A stretch of DNA of 56,504 nucleotides from contig CAWGRK010000016.1 in assembly GCA_963824995.1 (NCBI GenBank), positions 62,001 to 118,504 on the forward strand. The letters are read 5' to 3'. Below, piece after piece: positions 1 through 10,886 of the stretch. Each line of letters starts with the position of its first letter. Within the stretch, counting starts at the first letter, position 1. Made by a program: the position numbers and the translations under genes. Origin of the DNA: an uncultured Actinomycetes bacterium (GTDB lineage: Bacteria; Actinomycetota; Acidimicrobiia; Spongiisociales; DATADW01). Under the pieces are notes generated by a model. It searched no databases. It was given only the letters and a program-made list of their open reading frames with translations, and was not told where the DNA came from.

Positions 1-174
1 GCCTTCTTCATCGTCACCAACTTCTCGAACCTCCGCGTGGTGATAGGCACCGGCCTGTGGTGGATGACACTGGGCCTGATCGCCTCGGTGCTCGAGCGCT
101 ACCGCAAGGATGAACTTCCTGGGCAGGAGGGCCAGAACTCAGTTCCGGCTGACGCTGGCCGGGTGACGCCATGA
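1..174 (+). CDS. 3' end of a membrane protein, probably O-antigen ligase/polymerase (Wzy-like); truncated by window start
   Basis: Frame 1 is open from base 1 (AFFIVTNFSNLRVVIGTGLWWMTLGLIASVLERY...) to TGA 172-174, which overlaps the next ATG (ATGA). Hydrophobic C-terminal helix; product call rests on the glycan-locus context. Confidence 0.5.
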   Translation, partial: AFFIVTNFSNLRVVIGTGLWWMTLGLIASVLERYRKDELPGQEGQNSVPADAGRVTP

Positions 175-1145
175 GCCCTGCGATCGAGCAGAAGTGGGTG
201 TCCTGGCTCGACTCGGATGCCTGGCGCAGCTTCGGTAGGTCGAGCATCGGCGCCACCATCTTCGAAAGCCGTGTTTATCGTGCCGCAGACACGGCCCGCC
301 GTTACGTGCGGGCCGGTCTGAGCACGCTGCGGCATCCCGACCTGTTCTCCGGGGTCGAGACCTTTTGTGCCTTCATTGGGCACGTGAAAAGCGGAGGGAC
401 CTTGCTGGGCACGCTACTCGACGCCCACCCCCGGGCCCTCGTCGCCGATGAGGCCGACGCCTTCCGCTACGTCGCAGCCGGGTTCGGCCGCGACCAACTC
501 TTCCACCTGCTCCTCAAGGGGTCACGCCGCGAGGCGCTGAAGGGTCGCGTGACCGCCCGCCGCCTCGGGGCCTACGACTTCGCCGTTCCTGGGCAGTGGC
601 AGGGGCGGGCCACCCGGGCGCAGGTGATCGGCGATTCACGGGCAAGTCCAACGACGCGACTTCTGGGCCGCCGTCCAGAACTGTTGGACCGATTGCGGTC
701 GGTCCTGGGCAGTGTCGAGGACCGCTACGTCCATGTGGTTCGCAATCCCTTCGACCCCATCAGCGCCATGGTGATGCGAGGCCGGCGGAGCATCGAGGAT
801 GCCACCGCTGACTACGCCGCACAGTGCGCCCGTCTTCTCGACCTGCGGAGCATCCTCCCAAGCGGTCGGGTCCTCACGGTGAGGTACGAGGAATTCACCG
901 AGCAGCCGAAGGCTGGGCTGGCTCGCGCGTGCGGGTTTCTCGGTCTCGACCCGGTGCCGGATTACTTGGATTCATGCGCCGCCATCGTGCAGCCGGGACA
1001 GCAACGGGAACGGGGTGCCGTCGACTGGACCCCGGCCGCGGTCGACGCGGTTGAGGGGCTGATCGAGACGGTGCCCTTCCTCGCCGGCTACGCCTACGAA
1101 GCGCCTGCGCCAGGAGCTAAGACCGACGACGGGAGGAGGCGGTGA
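171..1145 (+). CDS. Sulfotransferase family protein
   Basis: 5'-PSB-like FIGHVKSGGTLLGTLLDAHP, 3'-PB-like HVVRNPFD, and VRYEEF motif. Confidence 0.8.
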   Translation: MSPAIEQKWVSWLDSDAWRSFGRSSIGATIFESRVYRAADTARRYVRAGLSTLRHPDLFSGVETFCAFIGHVKSGGTLLGTLLDAHPRALVADEADAFRYVAAGFGRDQLFHLLLKGSRREALKGRVTARRLGAYDFAVPGQWQGRATRAQVIGDSRASPTTRLLGRRPELLDRLRSVLGSVEDRYVHVVRNPFDPISAMVMRGRRSIEDATADYAAQCARLLDLRSILPSGRVLTVRYEEFTEQPKAGLARACGFLGLDPVPDYLDSCAAIVQPGQQRERGAVDWTPAAVDAVEGLIETVPFLAGYAYEAPAPGAKTDDGRRR

Positions 1146-1921
1146 CGATCATCGAGTTGGCCGGCGCCCCCGGTGCCGGCAAGACCACCATGGTGCCCGA
1201 GGTGCAGGAGGCCTGCCGGGTCGCCGAGCTCACCCCCTACACGACGGTGGAGGCCGCTCGCCCCTTTGCGGCGCGAACCCTGCTCGGCCGGACGGTGGCC
1301 ATTCTCCCGAAAGAGGCACGGCGCGCTGCATTATGGGGAGTGTTCCGTCTCTACTCGGCGGGACACTCGGTCCGCTTCGTACTGCAACGCCGCAGCCTGG
1401 CGTCGCTGGTTTTTCGCAGCCAGCTCCGTCGCCCGGCCGAGTCAGACTCCCGGCGGCGTCGGGTTCTCTACTGGTGGTACCGCATGGCCGGGGCCCATCA
1501 GTTCGTCCAGGCGCATGGGAAGTCCGGGGAGGCGCTGATTCTGGACGAGGGTTTCGTCCACCGCGCTGTGCAGATCTTCGCCTCGGCCGTAGAGCGCCCC
1601 GAGGCGGCGGCGGTGGCCGCCTATGTTGACCTGGTCCCTCCGCCCGATCTGCTGATCCACGTCGCCGCACCCGCCGACGTGTGCCGGCACCGGGTGCGCG
1701 GGCGCGGCGTCTGGTCGAGGCTGCAGCACCGCCGTCCCGCTGAGATCGACCGGTTCGTCGAAAATGCTCACCACACGGTCGAGCTTGCCGTGGCAGCAGC
1801 GCGCAGCAGGGGCTGGCAGGTGATAGAGGTCGCCAACGGGGACCTCGATTCCGCCTCGGCGGCGGCTGAGCTCCGGTGCCGACTGGCGGGCGACGTGCTC
1901 ATCGGGGCCGCCCGTGCTTGA
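1142..1921 (+). CDS. P-loop kinase (thymidylate/nucleoside-monophosphate kinase-like)
   Basis: N-terminal Walker A IELAGAPGAGKTT, ILDEG, PPPDLLIHV; GTGA coupling to upstream gene. Confidence 0.7.
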   Translation: MTIIELAGAPGAGKTTMVPEVQEACRVAELTPYTTVEAARPFAARTLLGRTVAILPKEARRAALWGVFRLYSAGHSVRFVLQRRSLASLVFRSQLRRPAESDSRRRRVLYWWYRMAGAHQFVQAHGKSGEALILDEGFVHRAVQIFASAVERPEAAAVAAYVDLVPPPDLLIHVAAPADVCRHRVRGRGVWSRLQHRRPAEIDRFVENAHHTVELAVAAARSRGWQVIEVANGDLDSASAAAELRCRLAGDVLIGAARA

Positions 1922-2987
1922 CACTCGGCTCCCACCGCTGAGTATCCCCAAGCCGGGGCGGGTACTCGGCTCCATACAGGCGCGGTGGCGTCCGGCGGTT
2001 CTGAGCGAGGGTCTGGTCGCCGAGGTCCTCTCCGCCTACGGGCTCACTGCGTCACGACCGGCACGCAACCTGCCCTTCGGCGCCCGCAATGTTCACGTCC
2101 GCGTGGCCACGCCGGAAGGACGGAAGGTGTTGAAGCAGTACCGGGGGCCCTGGACATCGTCCAACGTCGCCTACGAGCACTCCGTGCTGCACTGGCTGGA
2201 GGAGGTCAGCTTCCCGGCCGTCCGGGTCAACCACACTCTCACCGGAGACACCCTGATCCGGTGCGACGGACGACTTTACGCCCTGTTCGAGTACGAGTCG
2301 GGCACCAGCCAGAGCTCTCGCCTCATGCCATACGGCCCCCGACTCCGGCTGCTGGGCCGAGCGGGGAGTGCCCTGGGAGAGCTGCACCGAAGCCTCTCCG
2401 GTTTCATCCCCCAAGCCGTGCACCACCTCGGCTTCCGCTCGGACACACTCGAGCAGGCACACGACCTCGAGTGGTACCGACAGGCTCTGATCCGACTGCG
2501 CTCGGGAGCGGACCCGGTGCCGCCGCAGCAGGCCGACGATGCTCGGCAACTGCGCGACCGCTCGGACACTGCAGAGGAGCGGATCGCCCAACTCAGCGCG
2601 GTCCTTGATCAAGCCGACCTCCCACGGGTGGTGATCCACGGCGACTTTGGGATCCACAACCTCGCCTTCCGCCGGGACGGCACGGTCGTGGTGTTCGACT
2701 TCGAGCTGGCCCGCTTGGAGTGGCGGCTGGTCGATCTGGTCATCGTGCTCTCCCGGGCGCTCCCGGAGTCGCGGCGCGCCTTTCTTCACGGATATCGCCA
2801 AGTCAACGAGATCACACCAGCCGAGTGGGGCCACCTCCCCGAGGTCTGGGAGTTCTACAAGCTCACCGGGGCCGTCCGATCGTGGTGCACTTTCCTCGAG
2901 GGGGGCATCGGTGACCGGATAAGCCAGGCACGACGCCGCCTGGACGAAGCGGACGTAATCCGCAACGAGGGGCTGGCTCCATGGTGA
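1914..2987 (+). CDS. APH/homoserine kinase type II-like phosphotransferase
   Basis: VLKQY lysine, Brenner motif IHGDFGIHN, and VFDFE. Confidence 0.8.
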   Translation: MLDTRLPPLSIPKPGRVLGSIQARWRPAVLSEGLVAEVLSAYGLTASRPARNLPFGARNVHVRVATPEGRKVLKQYRGPWTSSNVAYEHSVLHWLEEVSFPAVRVNHTLTGDTLIRCDGRLYALFEYESGTSQSSRLMPYGPRLRLLGRAGSALGELHRSLSGFIPQAVHHLGFRSDTLEQAHDLEWYRQALIRLRSGADPVPPQQADDARQLRDRSDTAEERIAQLSAVLDQADLPRVVIHGDFGIHNLAFRRDGTVVVFDFELARLEWRLVDLVIVLSRALPESRRAFLHGYRQVNEITPAEWGHLPEVWEFYKLTGAVRSWCTFLEGGIGDRISQARRRLDEADVIRNEGLAPW

Positions 2988-4178
2988 GGACCCCCCCACG
3001 CGTTGTGATGGTGGTGCGGCTATACCACCCCTGGGTTGGCGGCACTGAGCGCCAGGCACACAAGCTCTCCAAGCAACTCCTGGCCCGGGGATGCCGCCTC
3101 GAGGTTGTCACCGGCTGGTGGTTTCGCGGGACCAGGCAACGGGAGGTCATCGACACCGTTCCTGTGTTCCGCAACCAGACGCTGTGGGAGTTCTTCGGGA
3201 TCAGGGGACTCCGCAAGTTCGGGGGATACCTCTATATCCTCACCCTGCTCTGGTACCTGTGGCGTCGCCGGGCCCACTACGACGTGATCCATGTCCATGG
3301 GCTCAACTACCACACGTTCGCCGCATCCATCGCCGGCAGGCGACTCGGAAAGCGCACCATCGTCAAGCTGGCCAACAGCGGCCCGGCGAGCGACATCGTC
3401 AAGATGCGGGAAGATCGCCAGCTGGCACTGGCTCGGTTCATGCTGCCCCGGGCGCTGCAGTGCGACCTGTTCGTCGCCCTCAACGAAAAAGTGGTAGCGG
3501 AGTTGCGCGAGGCCGGTGTGACCCCTGATCGGATTGTGGAGATGGCCAACGGTGTCGAAACCGAGCAGATCACGTCCCGGACCGACTACCGGCTCGGGGA
3601 GCCGCCAGGTATCACCTATGTCGGGCGGCTTCACGAGCAGAAGGATCTGGGCACGCTGTTGCAGGCGGTCTCCAGGCTGCTCCCGGCATGGCCCGGGCTC
3701 CGGCTCCGCCTGATCGGAGACGGCCCCGAGCGGTCGCACCTAGCCGGACTTGCCGATCAGATCGGGCTGTCCTCACAGGTCGATTTCATCGGCACGGTCG
3801 CCGACACCAAACCGTGGCTGGCAACCAGCGATGTCCTCGTCCTGCCCTCTCTGGCGGAGGGGCTGTCCAACGCCCTGCTCGAGGCGATGGCCGCCGGTCT
3901 GCCGGTCGTTGCCTCCGACATACCCGGGGAACGCCAGGTTGGTCGAGGACGGTGTGAACGGGATGCTGTTCCCTCCCGGCGACGATGAAACGCTCGCCGC
4001 CGCCATCGGACGGCTCGTCGAGGACGAGGATGAGCGCCGCCGGATGGGACAGGCGGCGCGCCAGACCGTGGTCGAGAGCTACGGGCTCGACCGGGTAGCT
4101 GAGCGGTACCTCGAGTTGTACGCCGAAATGACCGGGACGACCCACGCGGAATTCGCTGGCGGGGTGGTGGCAGGGTGA
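2981..4178 (+). CDS. Glycosyltransferase family 4 (one frameshift near 3930)
   Basis: GGTERQ N-terminus, YVGRLHEQK, EGLSNALLEAMAAGLPVV. C-terminus (LVEDGVNGMLFPPGD...YLELY) continues in ORF 3750..4178. Confidence 0.9.
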
Positions 4179-5165
4179 CGGATGTGAAGCCGGGCCCGAT
4201 TCTCGTCACCGGCGCCGACCGGAGTGGGACCACCCTCCTCTATGCCGCTGCTCGCCTCGCACCCCGACGTGTCGATGGTGCGCCGGACCAACATGTTCCG
4301 CTGGTTCTACGGAGGGTTCGGCGACCTGGCGGATCCGTCGAATCTGGAGAGTTGCCTCGACACCATGCTCCGCTACCGCAGGCTCGACCAGCTTTCCCCG
4401 GACCGGGAGAGGATCCTTGCCGAGTTCGGGGAAGGGGAGCCGAGCTACGGCCGGCTCTTCACCCTGTTCCACCAGCACGAAGCCGAGCGGCGCGGGAAAG
4501 GCCGGTGGGGTGACAAGTCACTCCACACCGAGCATCACGCAGACGAGGTCTTCGCCGAGCTTCCCGAGGCGACGATGGTCCACATCGTGCGCGACCCGCG
4601 CGACCGCTACGCCTCGGTGGTCCGGCGCTACGACGGTGAGCCAAAAGGGATCGGCGCCGCCACCGCCAGGTGGATCAGGTCCACCAAGGCAGGTCAACGC
4701 AACTCGAGGCGGTACCAGGACCGCTACTTGATGGTGCGATACGAGGACCTCGCCCGTGATCCCGAGCAGACCCTTCACTCGGTGTGCCGACACGTGGGAG
4801 TCACTTACGACCCGGTCATGCTTGGGATGCGGGGGGCGCCCGAAGAGGCAGACTCTGGTGGCAACAGCTCGTTCGGAGATATTCAGCCGGGAACCATCTC
4901 CACCCGCGCCATAGGCCGATTCCGCAGCGTTCTCCCGCCCCGTGACATCGCCTTCATCCAGGCCTCCGCAGGCCGCCTGATGAGTGCCGCCGGCTACGAG
5001 AAGGAACCCGTCCACCTCTCTCCCGGCGAGAGAGCAGCCTTTCTGGCTGTTGATCTCCCTGTCAGATCTGCCCGTCTTGCCGGATGGCTCACCATGCAGA
5101 GACTGCAGGAGCACCGGGGTAGGACGGCCCCTCCGCAGCGGTTGTCGGCGGGCGTGAGCCCATGA
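4175..5165 (+). CDS. Sulfotransferase (frameshift near 4245)
   Basis: ILVTGADRSGTTLLY in ORF 4175 joins LLASHP...RWGDKS...HIVRDPRD...VRYEDL in ORF 4224. Confidence 0.85.
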
Positions 5166-7263
5166 GGACGAACGGCCGAGTGTCCTCCTGGGTTGTGATG
5201 GTCACAGCTCTAACCGCGGTCTCGGCATGCGCCGACCCGGCGGTTACCGCCGCGCCGGCGCCAGTGGTGAGCGAGACGAGCCAGGCGACTTCGCCGCCGG
5301 CTACGCCAGGCGGTGCTGAAGTGGTCCCACAGGCCTGCGAGCGCTTCGTGGCGCCCGATGGAAGCGACGGAGGCCCTGGTAGTGCCGGTGATCCGTGGGC
5401 GACTCTGGCACACGCCGCGGCTGCGGTCCCCGACAACGGCTGTGTGGTCTGGTTCGAGCCTGGTGTATACGTCGGCTACCAACAGGTGGAGCGCCGGTTC
5501 AGCAAACCGACCACGTTCCGTGCGATCACCCGCTACCGGACGGTGCTGGAGAACGACGGCACCGTGCTCGATGTCGACGGCGCCAAGAACGTCGTTTTCC
5601 GCGGCTTCGAGTTCCGACACTCTGATGCCGGCGCCGATGGCTACGTAGTCATCGTGGACCAGAGTGACGACATTTGGGCCGAAGACGTGACGTTCCGGGA
5701 CAACATCTTCCACGACTCGTTCGACAACGACTTGCTCAAGATCCACAACGGAGTGCGCCGTGCCCTGGTCGACGGAAATGTCTTCTACAACCAGGGGACC
5801 AGCGAGCAGCACATAGACGTCAACAGCGTCACCGACGTCATCATCCAGGACAACGTCTTCTTCAACGACTTCGCCGCCAGCGGCCGGGAGGTGTCCACCG
5901 AGACCAAGCACTACATCGTCGTCAAGGACAGCAACGAGGACGAGGACGGCCAGCTTGGGAGCGAGCGGATCGCAATAAGACGCAACGTCTTCCTCAACTG
6001 GCAGGGCGGCTCGGAGAACTTCGTCAAGATCGGGAACGACGGCAAGGCATACCACGAGGCGAAGGACGTCACCGTCGAGAACAACCTGATGGTCGGCAAC
6101 TCCAGCCGGCCGATGGACGTGGCCTTCGGGGTGAGCGGTGCCCGCGATGTCTCCTTCGTCAACAACACGGTCATCGGGGACCTGCCGTCGGATGCCTATG
6201 GCTTCCGGGCCGACATCAAAGGCGACAACCCGCAAAACCAACGGATCGATTTCGTCAACAACATCTGGGCCGATCCCACCGGCACGATGGGAGAAGAGTT
6301 CTCCGAAGGGGACCCCGACGACACCACAGAACTCGTCCTCGACAACAACCTCTACTGGAACGCAGGGGCGGCCATCCCGCCCGGTGAGGCGGCCAGCCCG
6401 CTGACCGACGACGCCAATCGGTTGGTGGCCAACCCCCGGCTCCCCACCGACCACCAGGGTGTGGTGCTCCCCGTCTGGGACGGGACGGAGTTCGTCAATG
6501 GCGCGGCCACCATCCGCGACGAATTCGTCCGGCTGGTGACGACCTACGGCCGAACTCGCCGAGAGCAGCCCGGCTATCGACGGCGCCGACCCAACTGTTG
6601 CGCCCGACGATGACATCCTGGGGAACAACCGAACTTCCCCCGATCTGGGAGCGTACGAGTTCGGGGCCACAGGCGGCCTTCCCCCTGGTGGCACCTTCAT
6701 CGATGACGACGGGCAACGTCCACGAGGGATACATCGAAGCCATTGCAGCCCGCGGGATCACCCGGGGGTGCAACCCGCCGGCCAATGACCGGTACTGCCC
6801 GAGCCAACCGGTGACCCGGGGACAGATGGCTGCCTTCCTGGTACGAGCCCTCGACTTGCCGGCGGGTGATATCGACAGCTTCGTGGACGACGAGGGCTCG
6901 ATCTTCGAGGACGACATCAACCGTTTGGCTGCTGCCGGGATCACTCGCGGCTGCAATCCACCCGAGGCGGATCAATTCTGTCCGTTGGACTCGGTCACTC
7001 GTGGCCAGATGGCCGCATTCCTGGTTCGTGCATACGGCTATCCGAGGACCGAAGTTGACAGCTTCACCGATGACGACACCTCGGTTTTCGAGGACGACAT
7101 CAACCGACTGGCCTCTGCCGGGATCACGCGAGGGTGCACCGACGACTGGTATTGCCCCACCGCGGAAGTGCGCCGTGACCAAATGGCGAGCTTCCTGGGT
7201 AGGGCCGAAGAACTTACGCCGATTCTCGCGCCACTTGTCGCCATGGGGTGGAGGCTGCAATGA
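5162..7263 (+). CDS. Secreted lipoprotein: right-handed beta-helix (pectin lyase-like) domain plus three C-terminal SLH-like repeats (frameshifts near 6553 and 6713)
   Basis: Signal peptide with lipobox-like LTAVSA-C; FVAPDGSD...GSAGDPWATL; many NNxF/NNTV beta-helix repeats. A bridging frame reads SPAIDG...PDLGAYEF...GGTFIDDDG into three F.DD...E..I..LA.GIT.GC...TRGQMA.FL.RA repeats. Confidence 0.75.
6690..7210 (+). repeat. Three tandem SLH-like domain repeats
   Basis: Repeated DNA such as ttcgaggacgacatcaaccg (near 6904 and 7088) and repeated GIT.GC / RGQMAAFLVRA peptides. Confidence 0.8.
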
Positions 7264-9551
7264 GAGACGTCGGATCGACGCCGCGAGAGATCGACGGGCG
7301 GGCTCCCGGTCGGAAGCCGGTGGTGACCTACCTCATCGGTAGCTATCCATTGCTGACGACCACGTTCATCGACCGAGAGATCGAGGCGCTTCGTCGGCAG
7401 GGGATCTCAGTCTCGGTGCTGTCTCTGCGCCGCCCTCACGGCCGGCTTTCTACGGAGCAGACGGCCAGGCTGGGCGAGGTCGAATACCTCCTCCCCGTGG
7501 GCCCGGTTGCCCTGCTCCGCAGCCACCTCCGCTTCATGGCGACCCGCCCCGGTGCCTATTGGGGGACCCTCCGCTGGCTACTGGGTCGGCCTCATCCCGG
7601 CTTCCGCTCCCGGCTGAAGACGATCCTCCACTTCGGCGAGGGCGTCCACGTCGCCCACCTGATACGCCGCACCGACGCCGAGTGGCTCCATGCCCATTTC
7701 ATCGACCGCGCCGCCATCGTGGCGATGGTGGCCGGCCGGCTCCTCGACCTGCCCTACAGCGTGACCGCCCACGCCAACGACATCTATGTCGACCCGGTGC
7801 TGCTCCCCGAGAAGTTGGAGGGGGCGGCATTCGTGGCCACGTGCACCGACTACAACGCGGCCCACCTGGCGGCGGTCGGCGGCCCGGCCGCCTCCGAGAA
7901 GGTGGTGACGATCCACCACGGGATCAACCTCGATCGATACCAGCCGCGGCAAGGCGCCCGTGACCCCGTTCCCACGATCCTCGCGGTCGGTCAGCTGAAG
8001 GAGAAGAAGGGCTTCCGCTACCTGATAGATGCCTGCCGGCTGCTTGTGGACCGCGGCTACCGGTTCCGCTGCAAGATCGTCGGAGACGGGCCATTACGTG
8101 CTGAACTCGAGGAACACATCCGGGGTGCAGCGCTGGAAGACGTGGTCGCCCTGCTGGGGTCGCTCGACCACGGCTCGGTCATCGAGTGGTACGAGGCGTC
8201 GGAGATCTTCACCCTGCCCTGCGTGACCGGCGAAGACGGCGACCGCGATGGGATACCCAACGTCATCCTCGAGGCGATGGCCATGGAACTGCCGGTCGCC
8301 ACCACGCGCCACTCGGGGATACCCGAGGTGATCGAGGACGGTTGGAACGGGCTATTGGTTCGGCCCGGAGATGCCGATGACTTGGCAGTGGCCCTGGCCC
8401 GGCTGCTCGACGACCCAGCGGAGCGGGGCCTGATGGGGAGTAGGGGGCGGAAGACGGTGGCGGAGAAGTTCGATGCCGATGTCAACGCAACCAAGCTGAT
8501 GTCCCGGTTAATCACCGGCATCGCCGGCAATGCGAAGAACAGAGTGGTGGCTCGAGGCGAGCCGCTCTTCTTGGTCTGGGGGCCGCCCAGCTACGGGCCA
8601 CGCAGCCGGGCACTGGCTGGCGCCTTGGCGATAGACGTCCAATACGTGACTTCCATCCGCCGCCGAGGCTTGCTGGTGGCGCCTCTCAAGTATGCCCACC
8701 AAGCCCTCTCCACTGTCGTCCTGCTGGCTCGCCGTCGCCCAAGCCTCGTGTTCGTCCAGAGCCCTCCCAGCCCAGCGGCGATGTTGGTTGCCGCCTATGG
8801 GGCGATCACCTCGACGCCGTTCGTAATCGATGCCCACAGCGCCGCGATGCAATCCTCGTGGTGGACCAAGCCTCGCTGGCTCCACCGGATGGTGGCCCGG
8901 AGCGCGGTGACCACCATCGTCACCAACGATCACTTTGCGGCGAGGCTCCGCGGCATGGGCGCGGACGCTCTGGTGGTGCGGGACATCCCCACGTCCTTCC
9001 CCACCCAAGATGAGGTCGAAGTTGGTCCTGGTTTCAACGTGGTGGTCGTCAACACCTTCTCCTTCGACGAGCCACTCGACGAGGTCATGGCTGCAGCAGC
9101 CGAGCTCGATGACGTGACCTTCCACGTGACCGGGGACCCGAGGCGGGCGCGCCAGCCGCTGCCTGAGCCGACTCCGCCCAACGTCCGCTTCACCGGTTTC
9201 CTTCCCGACGCGCAGTACTACGGACTGCTGAACGCGGCGCACACTGTGATGTGTCTCACGACCCGTGACCACACCATGCAACGAGGCGCCTGTGAAGCCC
9301 TCTCGCTCGGCAGGCCGATCATCACCTCCGATTGGCCTCTGTTGCGGGGCTACTTCCACCAAGGGACGGTGCACGTGGACAACAGCGCGGATGGCATACG
9401 AAGCGGTGTGATGGAGATGATGCAGGGCTACGACAAGTACGCCGAGGGGATCGGCGCCCTCCAGGTCGAGCAGCACCGCGAGTGGCAGGAGGCCTTCAAC
9501 GCCCTCGTCGCGCAGATCGAGCCATCGCTCGCCGACCGGAAGGTGGTCTGA
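7260..9551 (+). CDS. Two-domain glycosyltransferase (WcaL-like GT4 plus second GT4-like domain)
   Basis: TTFIDREI...HAHF...VGQLKEKKG...DRDGIPNVILEAMAME, then a second GT-B unit (FLVWGPP...FSFDEP...GACEALSLGRPIITSD). ATG 7260 overlaps the upstream TGA. Confidence 0.85.
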   Translation: MRDVGSTPREIDGRAPGRKPVVTYLIGSYPLLTTTFIDREIEALRRQGISVSVLSLRRPHGRLSTEQTARLGEVEYLLPVGPVALLRSHLRFMATRPGAYWGTLRWLLGRPHPGFRSRLKTILHFGEGVHVAHLIRRTDAEWLHAHFIDRAAIVAMVAGRLLDLPYSVTAHANDIYVDPVLLPEKLEGAAFVATCTDYNAAHLAAVGGPAASEKVVTIHHGINLDRYQPRQGARDPVPTILAVGQLKEKKGFRYLIDACRLLVDRGYRFRCKIVGDGPLRAELEEHIRGAALEDVVALLGSLDHGSVIEWYEASEIFTLPCVTGEDGDRDGIPNVILEAMAMELPVATTRHSGIPEVIEDGWNGLLVRPGDADDLAVALARLLDDPAERGLMGSRGRKTVAEKFDADVNATKLMSRLITGIAGNAKNRVVARGEPLFLVWGPPSYGPRSRALAGALAIDVQYVTSIRRRGLLVAPLKYAHQALSTVVLLARRRPSLVFVQSPPSPAAMLVAAYGAITSTPFVIDAHSAAMQSSWWTKPRWLHRMVARSAVTTIVTNDHFAARLRGMGADALVVRDIPTSFPTQDEVEVGPGFNVVVVNTFSFDEPLDEVMAAAAELDDVTFHVTGDPRRARQPLPEPTPPNVRFTGFLPDAQYYGLLNAAHTVMCLTTRDHTMQRGACEALSLGRPIITSDWPLLRGYFHQGTVHVDNSADGIRSGVMEMMQGYDKYAEGIGALQVEQHREWQEAFNALVAQIEPSLADRKVV

Positions 9552-9553
9552 GC

Positions 9554-10872
9554 GTGGCCAGCATTGCCGTCTTCGGGCTCGGTTATGTCGGGGCTGTCAC
9601 CGCGGCGGCGCTCGCCAACGACGGGCACACCGTGATAGGCGTCGATCCCAACCCGACCAAGGTGCGGATCGTCGCCGACGGTGCCAGCCCGGTGATCGAA
9701 CCAGGCTTGTCCGAGTTGATCGCGGCAGGGGGTGAGCGCCGGACGGATCCGGGCAATCTCCGACGCCGATGAAGCCATCGCCGGGGCAGACATTTCGATG
9801 ATCTGTGTCGGGACGCCTAGTCGGCCCAACGGAGGTCTCGACCTGACCCAGGTTGAGAGGGTTTGCGCCGAGATAGGCACGGCCCTCGCCGATCACGCGG
9901 AGTATCACGTGGTGGTGGTGCGAAGCACCATGGTCCCGGGGAGCACCGAGGAGGTGGTCATCCCGGTGCTGGAGAAGATGTCGGGCAAGCTGGCGGGAGA
10001 GGACTTCGGGGTCTGCATCAACCCCGAGTTCCTGCGGGAAGGAAGTTCGGTAGCCGACTTCTACGACCCGCCCTTCACCGTCGTGGGAAGCAACGACCCG
10101 ACTGCCGCCGCCGCGGTCGCCGCCCTCTTCTCGCACCTACCCGCCGAGGTCTTGATGCTCCCGCTGGGAGTCGGCGAGATGGTCAAGTACACGAGCAACG
10201 CGTTCCACGCTCTCAAGGTCGCCTTCGCCAACGAGATCGGCGCGATATGCAAGGAGCAGGGCATCGACAGCCATGAGGTCATGGATGTCTTCTGCCGCGA
10301 CACCAAGCTCAACATCTCCACCGCGTATCTCCGACCGGGTCCGGCATTCGGAGGGTCGTGCCTGCCCAAGGACCTTCGCGCTCTCGTCCACCATGCCAGG
10401 AGGCAGGACATCGAGGCGCCGGTGCTTGGAGGCGATCCTGCCAAGCAACCAGAGGCACCTCGATCGCGCCTTCCGGTTGATCAGCAGTGCCGGCAGCAAA
10501 CGGATCGGAGTACTCGGGCTCGCCTTCAAGGCCGGTACCGACGACTTGCGTGAGAGTCCCGTGGTCGAGTTGATCGAGCGGCTGGTCGGCAAGGGATACC
10601 AGGTCAGGGTTTTCGACCGCAATGTCTCGCTGGCCCACCTTCACGGAGCGAACCGTGAGTACATCGAACGCGAGATCCCGCACATTGCCTCGTTGATGTG
10701 CGCCCGCATCGACGATGTTCTCGAACAGAGCGATGTGATCGTGGTCGGCAACCAGGCGCCGGAGTTCGCCGATGCCATGGACCGGGTCAATGGGCATCAC
10801 TCGGTCGTCGACCTGGTGCGCATAGCCCGCTCGGGCTTGGGTGACTTCGCTTATGAGGGCATCGGCTGGTAA
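9554..10872 (+). CDS. UDP-glucose/GDP-mannose 6-dehydrogenase, AlgD-like (frameshifts near 9730 and 10428)
   Basis: GTG 9554 ASIAVFGLGYVG; ICVGTP; RSTMVPG; NPEFLREG; FGGSCLPKD; GLAFKAGTDDLRESP; GANREYI. Confidence 0.9.
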
Positions 10873-10886
10873 CGGGAGTGGGATCG

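Noticed and set aside
1914..2987. Aminoglycoside resistance gene
   Set aside because: APH-superfamily fold only; coupling within the glycan operon favours a biosynthetic kinase.
5210..6700. Long antisense ORFs (also 2052..3059, 8508..9476, 25358..26857, 38218..39300)
   Set aside because: Shadow frames of well-supported genes, expected in high-GC DNA; no motifs.
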